Under the pieces are notes generated by a model. The model was not told the origin of the DNA, did not search any database, and was given only the letters and a program-made list of their open reading frames with translations. From NCBI GenBank assembly GCA_026002935.1, contig BPGH01000001.1, positions 963,557 through 1,027,556 on the forward strand: a stretch of 64,000 bases of DNA, written 5' to 3'. Shown one piece after another: positions 32,981 through 42,988 of this stretch. The translations under genes were made by a program, and so were the position numbers. The first letter of the stretch is position 1. Each line of letters opens with the position of its first letter. The stretch comes from Acidimicrobiia bacterium (GTDB lineage Bacteria; Actinomycetota; Acidimicrobiia; IMCC26256; PALSA-610).

Positions 32981-35134
32981 ATGTCGATCGCGATCACCGA
33001 CGACCACCGCGCCCTCGCCGAGACGGCGCGTGACTTCCTCGCCTCGCGCCAGGCGCTCGCCGCGGCGCGCGCCCTGCTGGAGGCGGACACGGAGGGCCGG
33101 CCGCCGTTCTGGGCCGACCTCGCGGGCCTCGGCTGGCTCGGCCTGCACCTGCCCGAGGCCCACGGGGGCTCCGGCTTCGGGTTCGAGGAGCTCGTCGTGG
33201 TGGTCGAGGAGCTCGGGCGCGTCGTCGCGCCGGGCCCGTTCGTCCCGACCGTCACCGCGAGCGCGGTGATCGCCGCCGCGGCCCCCGAGCCGGTGCGCGC
33301 CCAGCACCTCCCGCGTCTCGCCGACGGGTCGGCGGCGGCGGCGGTCGCGCCGGGCGCGGCGGTCGAGGTGCGCGACGGGCGCGCGACCGGTCCCGCCGGC
33401 GTCGTCGTCGGCGGCGGCCTCGCGGACCTGTTCGTCGTCGCGGCGGGCGACGACGCGGTGATCGTCGCGGCCGGCGAGGGCGTCACCGTCGAGACGCCCG
33501 CGAACCTCGACCCGACGCGCCGCTCGTCGCGCGTGACGCTCGACGGTGCGCCGGCGACCGTGCTGCCGGCGGCGCGCCGTCTGCTCGTCGACCTCACCCG
33601 CCTGCTGTTCTCGGCCGAGGCCGTCGGGATGGCGCGCGCGTGCACCGAGCAGGCGGCCGAGTACGCGAAGGTGCGCCACCAGTTCGGGCGGCCGATCGCC
33701 ATGTTCCAGGCGGTCAAGCACCACTGCGCCAACATGCTGGTCGCGACCGAGCTCGCGACCGGCGCGGTCTGGGACGCGGCCCGGGCCGCGGCCACGGGCG
33801 GCGACCAGCTCTCCTACGCGGCCGCCATGGCCGCGACGCTCGCGGCACCTGCCGCGGACCTGTGCGCGAACCTGAGCACGCAGGTGCACGGGGGCATCGC
33901 GATGACCTGGGAGCACGACGCGCACCTGTACATGCGCCGCGCCACGACGCTGCTCGCCGTGCTCGAGCCCGACGCCGCGGCCGCCGACCTCGCGGACCTC
34001 ACCCGCCGCGGCGTCGTGCGCACCAAGCACGTGGAGCTCCCTGCCGAGGCGGAGCCGATCCGCGCCGAGGTGCGCGAGTTCGTGGCGCGCGTGAAGGACC
34101 TGCCCGCGGAGGCGCAGCGCGACCGGCTGATCGAGGAGGGCTACGTGATGCCCCACTGGCCGAGGCCGTGGGGGCGCGACGCGGGCGCGGTCGAGCAGCT
34201 CGTGATCGAGCAGGAGTTCTCCGCGGCGGGGATCAAGCGCCCCGCCTACGGCATCACCGGCTGGGTGATCCTCACCCTCATCCAGCACGGCACGCCGGAA
34301 CAGGTCGAGCGATGGGTTCCGCCCGCGCTGCGCCAGGAGGTCATCTGGTGCCAGCTCTTCAGCGAACCCGACGCCGGTTCCGACGCCGCCGGGATCAAGA
34401 CGCGCGGCACCCGCGTCGAGGGCGGCTGGCTCGTGAACGGCCAGAAGGTCTGGACCTCCGGTGCGCACGTCGCCGGACTCGGGTTCGCGACCGTCCGCAC
34501 CAACCCCGACGTGCCGAAGCACGAGGGCATCACCATGATGGTGATCGACATGCACGCGCCCGGCGTCGAGGTGCGGCCGCTGCGCATGACGACCGGACGG
34601 TCGGAGTTCAACGAGGTGTTCTTCAACGACGTCTTCGTCCCCGACGACGACGTCGTCGGCCCCGTCGACGGCGGCTGGACCGTCGCGCGCGCGACGCTCG
34701 GCAACGAGAGCGTGAGCATCGGCGGCGGTGACGGCGGGTTCACGGTGCCCGGCGACGTGATGATCGCGGCGTTCGACGCGCACCCCGAACGGCTCCCGGG
34801 CGGCGAGTCGCGCATCGGCCGGTACGTCGCGCAGCACCGCGCGATCGGCCTGCTCAACCTGCGCAGCGCGCACCGCGCGGTCGCGAGCGCCGAGCCGGGC
34901 CCGGAGGGCGCGATCACCAAGCTCGTCCTGTCGGAGGTCGGTCACGAGGCCGCCGCGATCCTCACCCAGCTCAACGGGCCCGACGCGGTGTTCATGGACG
35001 GCCCCGGGGCCGCGAGCAACCAGCTCGTGCTGTTCCACCGCGGCCTGTCGATCGCGGGGGGCACCTCCGAGATCAAGCGCAACCAGATCGGCGAGCGCAT
35101 CCTCGGCCTGCCGCGCGACCCGCTGCTGAAGTGA
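32981..35134 (+). CDS. Double-domain acyl-CoA dehydrogenase (FadE34/FadE6-like)
   Basis: Degenerate N-terminal ACAD (RHQFGRPIAMFQAVKH, QVHGGIAMTWEH) fused to a full ACAD (WCQLFSEPDAGSD, GQKVWTS, IAGGTSEIKRN). Confidence 0.92.
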   Translation: MSIAITDDHRALAETARDFLASRQALAAARALLEADTEGRPPFWADLAGLGWLGLHLPEAHGGSGFGFEELVVVVEELGRVVAPGPFVPTVTASAVIAAAAPEPVRAQHLPRLADGSAAAAVAPGAAVEVRDGRATGPAGVVVGGGLADLFVVAAGDDAVIVAAGEGVTVETPANLDPTRRSSRVTLDGAPATVLPAARRLLVDLTRLLFSAEAVGMARACTEQAAEYAKVRHQFGRPIAMFQAVKHHCANMLVATELATGAVWDAARAAATGGDQLSYAAAMAATLAAPAADLCANLSTQVHGGIAMTWEHDAHLYMRRATTLLAVLEPDAAAADLADLTRRGVVRTKHVELPAEAEPIRAEVREFVARVKDLPAEAQRDRLIEEGYVMPHWPRPWGRDAGAVEQLVIEQEFSAAGIKRPAYGITGWVILTLIQHGTPEQVERWVPPALRQEVIWCQLFSEPDAGSDAAGIKTRGTRVEGGWLVNGQKVWTSGAHVAGLGFATVRTNPDVPKHEGITMMVIDMHAPGVEVRPLRMTTGRSEFNEVFFNDVFVPDDDVVGPVDGGWTVARATLGNESVSIGGGDGGFTVPGDVMIAAFDAHPERLPGGESRIGRYVAQHRAIGLLNLRSAHRAVASAEPGPEGAITKLVLSEVGHEAAAILTQLNGPDAVFMDGPGAASNQLVLFHRGLSIAGGTSEIKRNQIGERILGLPRDPLLK

Positions 35135-35173
35135 CACGCCCGCCCCGGCCCCGGGGCGGCGCGGCGTCGTAAA

Positions 35174-35953
35174 ATGGGCACCGTGCCGTCCGACCGCATC
35201 CGGCCCCGCTTCCCGAGATTCGACGACGTCGCCGCCGAGCGCCGGCACCGCAAGCAGCGGCTCGCCGCGGCCTTCCGCCTGTTCGGGCAGTTCGGCTTCG
35301 ACGAGGGCACCGCGGGCCACATCACCGCGCGCGACCCCGAGCTGTCCGACCACTTCTGGGTCAACCCGCTCGGCATGAACTTCAAGCGCATCCGCGTGAA
35401 GGACCTCCTGCTCGTCAACGCCCGCGGTGAGGTCGTGGAGGGCGACTGGCCGCTCAACGCGGCCGCGTTCGCGATCCACTCGCAGGTGCACGCGGCGCGC
35501 CCCGACGTCGTCGCCGCCGCGCACGCGCACTCCCTGTACGGGAAGGCGTGGTCGACGCTGCGCCGGCCGCTCGACCCGCTCACCCAGGACGCCTGCGCGT
35601 TCTACGGCGACCACGCCGTGTTCGACGACTACACGGGCGTCGTGCTCGACCTCGAGGAGGGCAAGCGCATCGCGCAGGCGCTCGGGCCGCACAAGGCGGT
35701 GATCCTCGCGAACCACGGGCTGCTGACCGTCGGCCAGACGTCGGTCGACGAGGCGGCCTGGTGGTTCATCACGATGGAGCGGAGCTGCCAGGCGCAGCTC
35801 CTCGCCGAGGCGGCCGGTCGGCCCGTGTGCATCGATCCGGAGCAGGCGGCCAAGACCGCCGGGCAGGTGGGTACACCCATCGTCGGCTGGCACCAGTTCC
35901 AGCCGCTGTACGACTGGATCGTGACGACCCAGCCGGACCTGCTCGAGGAGTGA
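35174..35953 (+). CDS. Class II aldolase/adducin-family protein
   Basis: EGTAGHITARDP, FAIHSQVH, AAHAHS, LANHGLLT; real start may be leaderless GTG 35183. Confidence 0.92.
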   Translation: MGTVPSDRIRPRFPRFDDVAAERRHRKQRLAAAFRLFGQFGFDEGTAGHITARDPELSDHFWVNPLGMNFKRIRVKDLLLVNARGEVVEGDWPLNAAAFAIHSQVHAARPDVVAAAHAHSLYGKAWSTLRRPLDPLTQDACAFYGDHAVFDDYTGVVLDLEEGKRIAQALGPHKAVILANHGLLTVGQTSVDEAAWWFITMERSCQAQLLAEAAGRPVCIDPEQAAKTAGQVGTPIVGWHQFQPLYDWIVTTQPDLLEE

Positions 35954-35992
35954 GCCCGCGCCGGGCCTCCGGGCCCGCCGGGGGCGCCGGGC

Positions 35993-36388
35993 TCAAGCGA
36001 ATTCGGCCCGGCGGTGGTGGAACCGCCAGGTGCCGTCGGCGGCGCGGTGCAGGGTGTCGTGGTAGCGGCCGACGACCTCCACCGACCAGCCGCGGTCGCG
36101 CCGCAGGAGGAACACCACGTCGCTGACCGCGTGCGCCTCGGCGGCTCCCCAATGCGTCACCAGCGTGTTCACGACGAGGTGCCGCTGCGGCGCGCGAGGT
36201 GCCCAGCGCGCGTACGCAGCGAGCAACGCCTCGTGCCCCTCGTGGGTGCCCAGGCCCGGTATCTCGCACGAGCCGTCGGGGCAGAACGTCGCGACGACGT
36301 CCTCGGTGCGGCCGTCGTCGAGCGCCTGGGTGTACGCGGCGATCGCCGCGCGCACGCCCTCGACCACCTCGGCGGGCACGGGCGCCAT
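35993..36388 (-). CDS. SnoaL-like/NTF2 protein
   Basis: IAAYTQALDDGR...FCPDG...RHLVVN...GRYHDTL...WRFHHR. Confidence 0.85.
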   Translation of the reverse strand: MAPVPAEVVEGVRAAIAAYTQALDDGRTEDVVATFCPDGSCEIPGLGTHEGHEALLAAYARWAPRAPQRHLVVNTLVTHWGAAEAHAVSDVVFLLRRDRGWSVEVVGRYHDTLHRAADGTWRFHHRRAEFA

Positions 36389-36399
36389 GGTCGTCGTCC

Positions 36400-37770
36400 T
36401 CACCACCCCAGGTCGAGGACCGGCTTGTCGAACGGGTAGCCGTTCACCGCGTGCAGCGCCGGGAGCAGGCGCTCGTGCGGCAGGCCCGCGAGGAACCCGT
36501 CGATCGTGCGCTCGAAGTTGGAGACGTGGCCCTCGAGGTCGCGGGAGAGCCGCATGAACCGGAAGCCGTGCGTGTGCAGGCCCTGCTGCTGACGTGGGAG
36601 GTTCGAGAAGTCCTGGGCGGGGATCGGGGGCCAGCGCGGGTCGTCGTGCTCCCACGGCTCGGGCGGTTCCGGCCGGGGCCGCTCCTCGCCCGCGCCCGGC
36701 CGCGTCAGCGACCAGATCTCCATGAGTGTCTCCTCGGGCCCGAGCGGGCGGAAGCGGTACGACGAGGCGCTCGAGTACATCGGCAACACGAACCAGTGCG
36801 GGAAGCAGTGGAAGAACTCGAGGGCGAGGCCGCGGGCCGCGAGATCCTCCAGGTCGGGGACGTCGGCGCCGCGCGCGCGGTGGTGGCGCGTGACCGCGCG
36901 GTTCAGCTCCCGGTTCCAGGTGGCGGTGGCGGCGTCGGGGTCCGCGGGCAGCGAGTCGCGCAGGTCGGCCGCGAGTCCCTCGGCGACGCGCACGTCCTGC
37001 GCGTGGACCATGCCGCCCATGCCCTCGCTCATCGCGCGCAGGTAGCGCAGGTCGGCGTCGACGAAGGCGCGCGGGTCGAACGGTGCGCCGTCGCGCCGCC
37101 CGTAGCGAGTCGGGATGCGCAGCTGCGGGTGGGTCTCGGGGACGTGGTACGCCTCGACGAACGCCTCGATCGCGAGCTTCCAATTGACCGGCAGCCGGCA
37201 CGCGTACCACCACTCGGTGCGCAACGACTCGACCTTCCACTCGTCGAGCGCGCTCGCCGCGGGCTCGAGGCAGTCGCGCAGGGGCGGGGCGCCGTCGTCG
37301 AGATTGATCCACGCGCAGCCTCCCCACGCCTCGCACCGGACCGGTACGAGGTCGATGTCGCCGGTCTCCAGGTTGTGCGGGTCGAAGGTCCCGGCGCGTG
37401 GCACGTGGGTGTTGCGGCCGCCGGCGTCGTAACACCAGCCGTGGAACGGGCAGACGAACCCCTGCTCGCAGGTCGCGCGGCCCTGCACGAGCTTCACCCC
37501 GCGGTGACGGCACGCGTTCTGGAAGGCGCGCACGCCGAGGTCGGCGGTGCGCACGACGACGACCGACTGGTCGCCGAACGTGTACTCGACGCAGTCGTGC
37601 GGGCGCGGGATCTCCTCCAGGCGGCACGCCATCTGCCAGACGCGGGGCCAGAGGCGTTCGGTCTCGAGCCGGTGGAAGTCCGCGTCGAGGTAGCGCGCCT
37701 TGGGGACGCGGTCGGGTCGCTCCACCGCGTGCGGCACCGGGAGTGCCCGGTTCCGGCCTGCGACCGCCAC
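36400..37770 (-). CDS. Rieske ring-hydroxylating oxygenase alpha subunit
   Basis: NACRHRG...CPFHGWCY Rieske ligands; NWKLAIEAFVEAYHVPETH iron site; QDFSNL. Confidence 0.93.
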   Translation of the reverse strand: MAVAGRNRALPVPHAVERPDRVPKARYLDADFHRLETERLWPRVWQMACRLEEIPRPHDCVEYTFGDQSVVVVRTADLGVRAFQNACRHRGVKLVQGRATCEQGFVCPFHGWCYDAGGRNTHVPRAGTFDPHNLETGDIDLVPVRCEAWGGCAWINLDDGAPPLRDCLEPAASALDEWKVESLRTEWWYACRLPVNWKLAIEAFVEAYHVPETHPQLRIPTRYGRRDGAPFDPRAFVDADLRYLRAMSEGMGGMVHAQDVRVAEGLAADLRDSLPADPDAATATWNRELNRAVTRHHRARGADVPDLEDLAARGLALEFFHCFPHWFVLPMYSSASSYRFRPLGPEETLMEIWSLTRPGAGEERPRPEPPEPWEHDDPRWPPIPAQDFSNLPRQQQGLHTHGFRFMRLSRDLEGHVSNFERTIDGFLAGLPHERLLPALHAVNGYPFDKPVLDLGW

Positions 37771-37829
37771 GCAACCCCCTCCGACCACCGGCACGCCCCT
37801 CCGGCGCCGGGCGCCCCGGGGCGACAATC

Positions 37830-37845
37830 GACTAACCGGTCGGTA
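37830..37845. promoter_or_regulatory. TetR-type operator 1
   Basis: GACTAACCGGTCGGTA, 13/16 match to palindrome TACCGACCGGTCGGTA, between the divergent Rieske and BVMO genes. Confidence 0.7.
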
Positions 37846-37907
37846 CAATACGCCCGCCGCCCCGGCCGCGCACGGCCTGCGGCGCGACCCGCGCACGAGA
37901 CGGGGGA

Positions 37908-39586
37908 GTGATCCGGTGGTGGAGTTCTCCGGGGCCGCGGGGGACGGGCGGCCGCCCGGTGCCGAGGGAGACGTCGAGGTGCTCGTCGTCGGCGCCGGCA
38001 TCACGGGCATCTACCAGTGCTACCGCGCCCGTGAGGCCGGGTTCTCGGTGGCGGTGCTCGAGGCGGGCGAGGGGGTCGGCGGCACCTGGTACTGGAACCG
38101 TTACCCGGGCGCCCGCTTCGACTCGGAGAGCTACACCTACGGCTACCTGTTCTCCCGGGAGCTGTTCGAGGAGTGGGAGTGGCAGGAGCACTTCTCGGCG
38201 CAGCCGGAGATCGAGCGCTACCTGAACCACGTCGTCGACCGGTTCGACCTCCGCCGCCACATCCGTTTCGGCGCGCGGGTCACGGCCGCCGAGTACCACG
38301 AGCCGTCGGGGACCTGGTGCGTGGCGGTCGACGGCGGCTCGCAGTTGCGCGCCCGGTACCTCGTCGCCGCGACGGGCGTGCTGTCGGTGCCCCACGTCCC
38401 CGACGTGCCCGGCCGCGGGGGCTTCCGCGGTGAGCAGTACCACACCGGCCGGTGGCCGCGGACCCCGGTCGACCTCGCCGGCAAGCGGGTCGCGGTCGTC
38501 GGCACCGGGTCGAGCGGCGTGCAGATCGTCCCCGCGATCGTGGGCGAGGTCGCGGAGCTCACCGTGTACCAGCGCACCGCGCACTGGTGCACACCGCTCA
38601 ACAACGCGCCGATCACCCCCGACGAGCAGGCGCGCCTGCGTGCCGAGTTCGAGTCGATCCGGCGGACGCTCGACACCTCGCCGCACGGGTTCCTCCACCG
38701 GGCGCACGACCGCGCCACCTTCGACGACGACCCCGAGGAGCGCCGGGCGTTCTACGAGAAGATGTGGAACAGCCCGGGCTTCATGAAGCTCACGAGCAAC
38801 TACACCGATCTGCTCTTCGACCCCGAGGCCAACGCGCAGTGGTGCGGGTTCATCGCGGAGAAGATCCGCGGGATCGTCCACGACCCGGTCACGGCTGAGA
38901 AGCTGATCCCGAAGGACCACCGCTACGGCGAGCACCGCCCGCCGTTCGCGACCGGGTACTACGAGGCGTTCAACGAGCCGCACGTGACGCTCGTCGACGT
39001 CCGGGAGACGCCGATCGTGCGGATGACCGCCACCGGCATCGAGACGACGGCCGGGGTGCGCGAGCACGACGTGGTGATCTGGGCGACCGGCTTCGACTTC
39101 GGCACCGGCGCGCTCGCGCGGATGGGGATCCGGGGGCGCGGCGGCGTGCCCCTCGTCGAGCACTGGGCCGACGGCCCGCGCACGTACCTCGGGGTGCAGA
39201 CCGCCGGCTTCCCGAACCTGTTCTTCCCCGGTGGCCCGCACGCCGCGGCGGGAAACAACCCCCGCTACAACGGCGACCAGGTCGACTTCGTGACCGATCT
39301 GCTCGTGTACGCGCGCGACCACGGGTTCGGGGTGGTCGAGGTGGACGCGGCGGCCGAGGAGGAGTGGACCGCGATGATCGACCGCAATGCCGCGCGTCCC
39401 CCCTCGTTCGGCGCCGCCAGCTACTACTTCGGCGCGAACATCCCGGGCAAACCCCGCCGCTACCTGCTCAACGCCGCGGGCCGCCCGAAGCTGCACGCGA
39501 TGATCGCCGAGATCGTCGCGAACGACTTCCGCCCGTTCCGCTTCGCGCCCGCACCGGCCGGGACCGGCGCGGACGCGACCGCCTGA
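37908..39586 (+). CDS. Baeyer-Villiger monooxygenase (type I)
   Basis: GAGITG, GGTWYWNRYPGARFDSES, FRGEQYHTGRWP fingerprint, GTGSSGVQ, ATGFD; start uncertain. Confidence 0.93.
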
Positions 39587-39660
39587 GACCGGCGCGCGGG
39601 CGGACCGGCGCGACCGGCGTCACGGGTACGGGCGCGGCGGCCCCGGCGCGGGCGCCGTGC

Positions 39661-40719
39661 TCAGACCGTCGCGATCGGCGTCACCGGCGAGCCGACCGCA
39701 CCGGGCAGGCGCAGCGGCGGGGCCGTGAGCAGGAAGCGGCTGCGACCGTGCTCGCGCAGCCACGCCGCCAGGTCGTGGAGGTACCACAGCTCGCCGAGCG
39801 GGACGCCGAGGACGAACAGGCACAGGTGGTGGAGCGGCAGCAGCGAGTGCCGCCCCGCCGGGCGGCGTCCCCCGACCAGCCCCTCCACCGCGTAGTTGTC
39901 GGCGGCGATCGCCGCGACCTGCGACCGCGCGACCCACTCGAGCAGCGCCTCGTCGCGTGCGTCGAGGTAGGTGCACATGCGGTTGAGGAGCTCGGGGTCG
40001 GGCCGCCGGTCCCATTCGAGCACCCGGGTCGCGAACCCGGTGTGCAGCACGAGGATGTCGCCGGGCTCCACGACCACGCCGTCGGCCGCCATGATCTCGC
40101 GCAGGGTCGCGAGGTCGACGGCCCGGAAGTCGTGCCCGAGGTGGTGGGCGAGGTCGACGAGCACCCCGCGGCCCTGCACGCCGTGGAACGCCATGTGCTC
40201 CACGCCGAGGTGATGCGCGAAGCAGCGGTGACCGCTGCCGTCGCCGCGCGCGTCGTCCGCCGGGCCGACGACGTCCACCCCGGCGCGATAGCCGTTGTAG
40301 TACACGGGCTCCTCGACGCCGTCGCCGTCGGCGTCGAACTCGGCGCCCGCGTGCGCGAGCGAGTCCCACTGGGTCGAGTACTGCAGCGACATCGTGACCA
40401 CGTCGTCCGCCCACACGTCCACGTGGTCGGGGTGCCCCCAGCGCGCGATGTCGCGCTGGTGGACGTTGTAGAACACGGCCGGGTTGCCGTCGAGGTCCTC
40501 GGTCGGGGCGAGCACCGGCGGGTGTCGCCGCTGGTTGAGCGCGGTGCCGCCCGGGAAGTCGAGCGGCAGGCTGAGGCAGAAGGTGATCCCGGCCTCGACC
40601 TCGCGCACCCCCTCGAGCACCTTCCCGGGGGTGAGGAGGTTGACGCGCCCGAGCTCGTCGTCGTCGCCCCAGTCGCCCCACGTCGACCCGGGCGGCCGCT
40701 GCCGCCACCGCCTCGCCAC
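39661..40719 (-). CDS. Cyclase family (kynurenine formamidase-like) metal-dependent hydrolase
   Basis: WGDDDELGRVNLL, QYSTQWDSLAH, GRGVLVD, LHTG, GELWYL, PGAVGSPVTPIA. Confidence 0.9.
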   Translation of the reverse strand: MARRWRQRPPGSTWGDWGDDDELGRVNLLTPGKVLEGVREVEAGITFCLSLPLDFPGGTALNQRRHPPVLAPTEDLDGNPAVFYNVHQRDIARWGHPDHVDVWADDVVTMSLQYSTQWDSLAHAGAEFDADGDGVEEPVYYNGYRAGVDVVGPADDARGDGSGHRCFAHHLGVEHMAFHGVQGRGVLVDLAHHLGHDFRAVDLATLREIMAADGVVVEPGDILVLHTGFATRVLEWDRRPDPELLNRMCTYLDARDEALLEWVARSQVAAIAADNYAVEGLVGGRRPAGRHSLLPLHHLCLFVLGVPLGELWYLHDLAAWLREHGRSRFLLTAPPLRLPGAVGSPVTPIATV

Positions 40720-40744
40720 GGCTCGCCCTCCCGCTCGTAGCGTG

Positions 40745-40760
40745 TTCCGACCGGTTGGTC
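40745..40760. promoter_or_regulatory. TetR-type operator 2
   Basis: TTCCGACCGGTTGGTC, 13/16 match, between the divergent cyclase and amidohydrolase genes. Confidence 0.7.
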
Positions 40761-40841
40761 TAATCTCGGGGCCGAACCGTAGCGCGGCCCGCTCGCCCAC
40801 GGCGCGAGCCGAGCGAGCCGCCGGAGCGAGCGGGGGAGGTC

Positions 40842-42092
40842 GTGACCATGACGGAAAAGGACTTCGTCGTCTCGGCGGACGGTCACCTCCTCGAGCCGAC
40901 CGACCTGTTCCGCACCCGCCTGCCGCGGCACCTGCGCGACCGCGCGGTCTGGGAGGAGGACTTCGAGGTCGAGCCGCTGGTCGAGGGCGGCGCCCGTATC
41001 TTCCGCAAGCTGCACACTCCCGGGTTCGAGGGCTGGACGATCTCGCGGTACCGCCAGACCGGCGGCCGGATGCCCGAGGGCGACCCCGAGATCATCCTCG
41101 AGGACATGGACCTCGACGGTGTCGACGCGGCCGTGCTGCACCCCAACCTGTCGCTGTTCGGCCTGTACTCCGACGACCACGAACTGTCGATGGCGCACGC
41201 GCGGGTCTACAACGACTACGTCGCCGAGCGGTTCTCCCCGTACTTCTCGCGCATCGCGCCGACCGCGCCGGTCCCGATCACCGACGTCGGCGACGCGGTC
41301 GCCGAGATCGAGCGCGTCGCGGCGGCCGGCTTCCGCGCCGTCCTGTTGCCGGCCGTGCCGCCCAAGCCCTACTACTCCCGCGACTACGACCCCGTGTGGG
41401 CGGCCACCCAGGCCAACGGCCTCCACGTGTTCATCCACACGCAGACGGGCGGCGTCAAGGTGAACGACCCGGCGTCGACGACGCTCAAGGTCGTGATGGA
41501 GTCGGCCGCGCAGGTCAACCAGCCGATGACCGAGAAGTCGGCGTCGAAGCGGATGATCACCCAGTCGGTGTACAGCACGATCGTGCCGCAGCAGGTGATC
41601 TGCGAGTTGATCGGCGGCGGGGTCCCCGAGCGCTATCCCGACCTGCACTTCGCGCTGATCGAGTTCAACGCGCACTGGCTCGCGTCGCTGGTGGGGGCCA
41701 TGGACAAGTGCTGGGTCACCGGGATCGGTCAGGACGCCGACTGGTGGCTCGGCTACTGGGACGACAGCCGACCGCCGCACGACCAGCCCCAGATGGCCCA
41801 GCTCTTCCGGCTCAACGAGAAGTGGCCCTACCCGCTGATGCCGAGCGAGTACGTGCGCCGGCAGTTCCACGTGTCGTTCCAGGACGACCCGGTGGCCGTG
41901 GCGTGCCGGCACGTCACCGGCGTCTCGACGATCGTGTGGGGCAACGACTACCCGCACGCGGAGGGCACGTTCCGCAAGAGCCGCGAGCTGATCGACACGC
42001 AGTTCGCGGGCGTCCCCGACGACGAGCGCAAGGCGATCGTGGGCGGGACGCTCGCCCGGCTGTTGGGGTTCGAGGCCCCGGTGGCCGCCTGA
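40842..42092 (+). CDS. Amidohydrolase_2-family hydrolase/decarboxylase
   Basis: SADGHLLEP, DMDLDGVDAAVL, YND, YDPVWA, IH, WGNDYPHAEG. Confidence 0.92.
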   Translation: MTMTEKDFVVSADGHLLEPTDLFRTRLPRHLRDRAVWEEDFEVEPLVEGGARIFRKLHTPGFEGWTISRYRQTGGRMPEGDPEIILEDMDLDGVDAAVLHPNLSLFGLYSDDHELSMAHARVYNDYVAERFSPYFSRIAPTAPVPITDVGDAVAEIERVAAAGFRAVLLPAVPPKPYYSRDYDPVWAATQANGLHVFIHTQTGGVKVNDPASTTLKVVMESAAQVNQPMTEKSASKRMITQSVYSTIVPQQVICELIGGGVPERYPDLHFALIEFNAHWLASLVGAMDKCWVTGIGQDADWWLGYWDDSRPPHDQPQMAQLFRLNEKWPYPLMPSEYVRRQFHVSFQDDPVAVACRHVTGVSTIVWGNDYPHAEGTFRKSRELIDTQFAGVPDDERKAIVGGTLARLLGFEAPVAA

Positions 42093-42982
42093 GCGGGGAG
42101 CTGCGCCTCGACGGACGCGTCGCGGTCGTGACCGGCGCGGGCCGCGGGCTCGGCCGCGCGTACGCGTGTGAGCTCGCCCGGCGCGGCGCCCGCGTCGTGG
42201 TCAACGACCTCGGGACCGCGGTCGACGGCGCCGGGGCCGACGCCGGGCCCGCGTCCGCGGTGGCGCGCGAGATCACCGACGCGGGCGGCGAGGCCGTCGC
42301 CGACGCGGGCGACGTGTCGTCGCCCGCCGACGCGCAGGCGCTGGTCGGTGCCGCGCTCGAGCGGTTCGGGCGCGTCGACGTCGTCGTCAACAACGCCGGC
42401 ATCGTCCGGTTCGGCGCGCTCTGCGAGGCCGACCCGGCCGACCTGGACCGGCACCTCGCCGTGCACGCCCGCGGCGCGTTCAATGTCACGCGGGCCGCCT
42501 GGCCGCACCTCGTCGCCCAGGGCTACGGCCGTGTCGTCATGACGACCTCGACGGGCGTCCTCGGCCTGCCCGACAACGTCGCCTACGCAGCGGCCAAGGG
42601 CGCGGTGATCGGGCTCGCCCGCAGCCTCGCGACGGCGGGCGCGGCGCACGGCATCGCCGTCAATTGCATTGCGCCGGCCGCGGCGACCCGAATGGGCGGG
42701 CGCATCGGCACGCCCGAGCTCGCGCCCGAGCTCGTCGCACCGATGGTCGCGTACCTGGCGCACGAGTCCTGTGCGGTGACGGGCGAGGTGTACGTCGCGG
42801 GCGCGGGCCGGTTCGCGCGGCTGTTCGTCGCCACGACCGACGGCTGGCTGTGCAGCGGCCGCACGCCCACGGCCGAGGACGTCGTCGCGAACTGGGCGAC
42901 GATCAACGACGAGGCGGGGTACCACGTCCCCGCCGACCTCGGTGACTGGTCGGCGCGCTTCACGCGCCACCTCGGCCGGTAG
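42089..42982 (+). CDS. Short-chain dehydrogenase (hydroxyacyl-CoA dehydrogenase/MFE-2-like)
   Basis: TGAGRGLG, VVVNDLG, NNAG, YAAAK; apparent CTG start overlapping the upstream TGA. Confidence 0.88.
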   Translation: MSGELRLDGRVAVVTGAGRGLGRAYACELARRGARVVVNDLGTAVDGAGADAGPASAVAREITDAGGEAVADAGDVSSPADAQALVGAALERFGRVDVVVNNAGIVRFGALCEADPADLDRHLAVHARGAFNVTRAAWPHLVAQGYGRVVMTTSTGVLGLPDNVAYAAAKGAVIGLARSLATAGAAHGIAVNCIAPAAATRMGGRIGTPELAPELVAPMVAYLAHESCAVTGEVYVAGAGRFARLFVATTDGWLCSGRTPTAEDVVANWATINDEAGYHVPADLGDWSARFTRHLGR

Positions 42983-42988
42983 GGCGCG

